Below are positions 63,268-64,000 of a DNA stretch of 64,000 bases, one piece after another. This DNA is from Octopus vulgaris (taxonomy: Eukaryota). The notes under the pieces were generated by a model. The model saw nothing but the letters and a program-made list of their open reading frames with translations, was not told where the DNA came from and searched no databases. Both the position numbers and the translations under genes were made by a program. The stretch spans positions 14,012,001-14,076,000 of the forward strand of contig OX597829.1 of the NCBI GenBank assembly GCA_951406725.2, given 5' to 3'. Numbering within the stretch: position 1 is the stretch's first letter; each line of letters opens with the position of its first letter.

Positions 63268-63645
63268 CTTACCAGCCACATGGTTCCGGGTTCAGTCCCA
63301 CTGCGTGGCACCTTGAGCAAGTGTCTTCTGCTATAGCCCCGGGCCGACCAATGCCTTGTGAGTGGATTTGGTAGACGTAAACTGAAAGAAGCCTGTCGTA
63401 TATATGTATATATATATAAGTGTGTGTGTATATGGTTGTGTGCCTATGTTTGTCAACCTAGCATTGCTTGACAACCGATGCTGGTGTGTTTACGTCCCCG
63501 TCACTTAGCGGTTCGGCAAAAAGGGACTGATAGTATAATTACTGGGCTTACAACGAATAAGACCTGGGGTCGATTTGCTCGACTAAAGGCGGTGCTCCAG
63601 CATGGCCGCAGTCAAATGACTGAAACAAGTAAAAGAGTAAAAAAG
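63268..63645 (+). mobile_element. SINE family 1, slightly 5'-truncated (head-only copy at 62287-62368)
   Basis: Family sequence. Confidence 0.92.
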
Positions 63646-64000
63646 AGAGAGAGTATATCCATACTTGTGTGTGTATGAGTGTGTATGTATGTGTGTGTGC
63701 ATGTGTGTGCGTCTGTTTGTGTCTGGACGTGTGTATGTGTGTGACTCTGTATTTGTACCTGTGTGCCTGTGAGTGTGTTGAGCGTGTGGGGGTGTGGGGG
63801 TGTATGTGTCTGTGTGTGCGTGTGTTGCCAGACCATCAAGTATAAAGAGTAGAATCGGAATGATCAAACTGCCCCTTCCTCGCTTTAAGACTACTAAACG
63901 CAGATACGAAGAAAAGCCCTGAGGCGTCAAGGATTGGTTTGCATAATTACTTGAAGGTGTGTCACTCCTCCGCATGAACTTTGGACATGAACAAACTGCC

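Overview
AT-rich eukaryotic non-coding DNA saturated with microsatellites. The SINE families and the (TA)n/(TAA)n density suggest an octopus or other coleoid cephalopod (inference from recall, not from a search). No host gene or intact ORF can be supported, and almost all ORF-track entries are translated simple repeats. The content is mobile DNA: ~20 copies of a tRNA-derived SINE with an internal microsatellite, two other SINE families, a full-length decayed mariner, a decayed maT/DD37D-like transposase, RTE and CR1/L2-type LINE fragments, stacked R4/Dong-like retrotransposons in (TAA)n arrays, a MITE with 8-bp TSD, and Helitron/Helentron-like elements. The main hidden signal is more than a dozen type-I hammerhead ribozyme motifs from about ten unrelated short elements lodged in (TA)n tracts. 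Their cores co-vary at the 3-8 pair (C-G, U-A and G-C all occur). Many sit in fold-back inverted repeats, three of which turn at the CUGANGA box. One lies downstream of a Penelope-type GIY-YIG C-terminal remnant.
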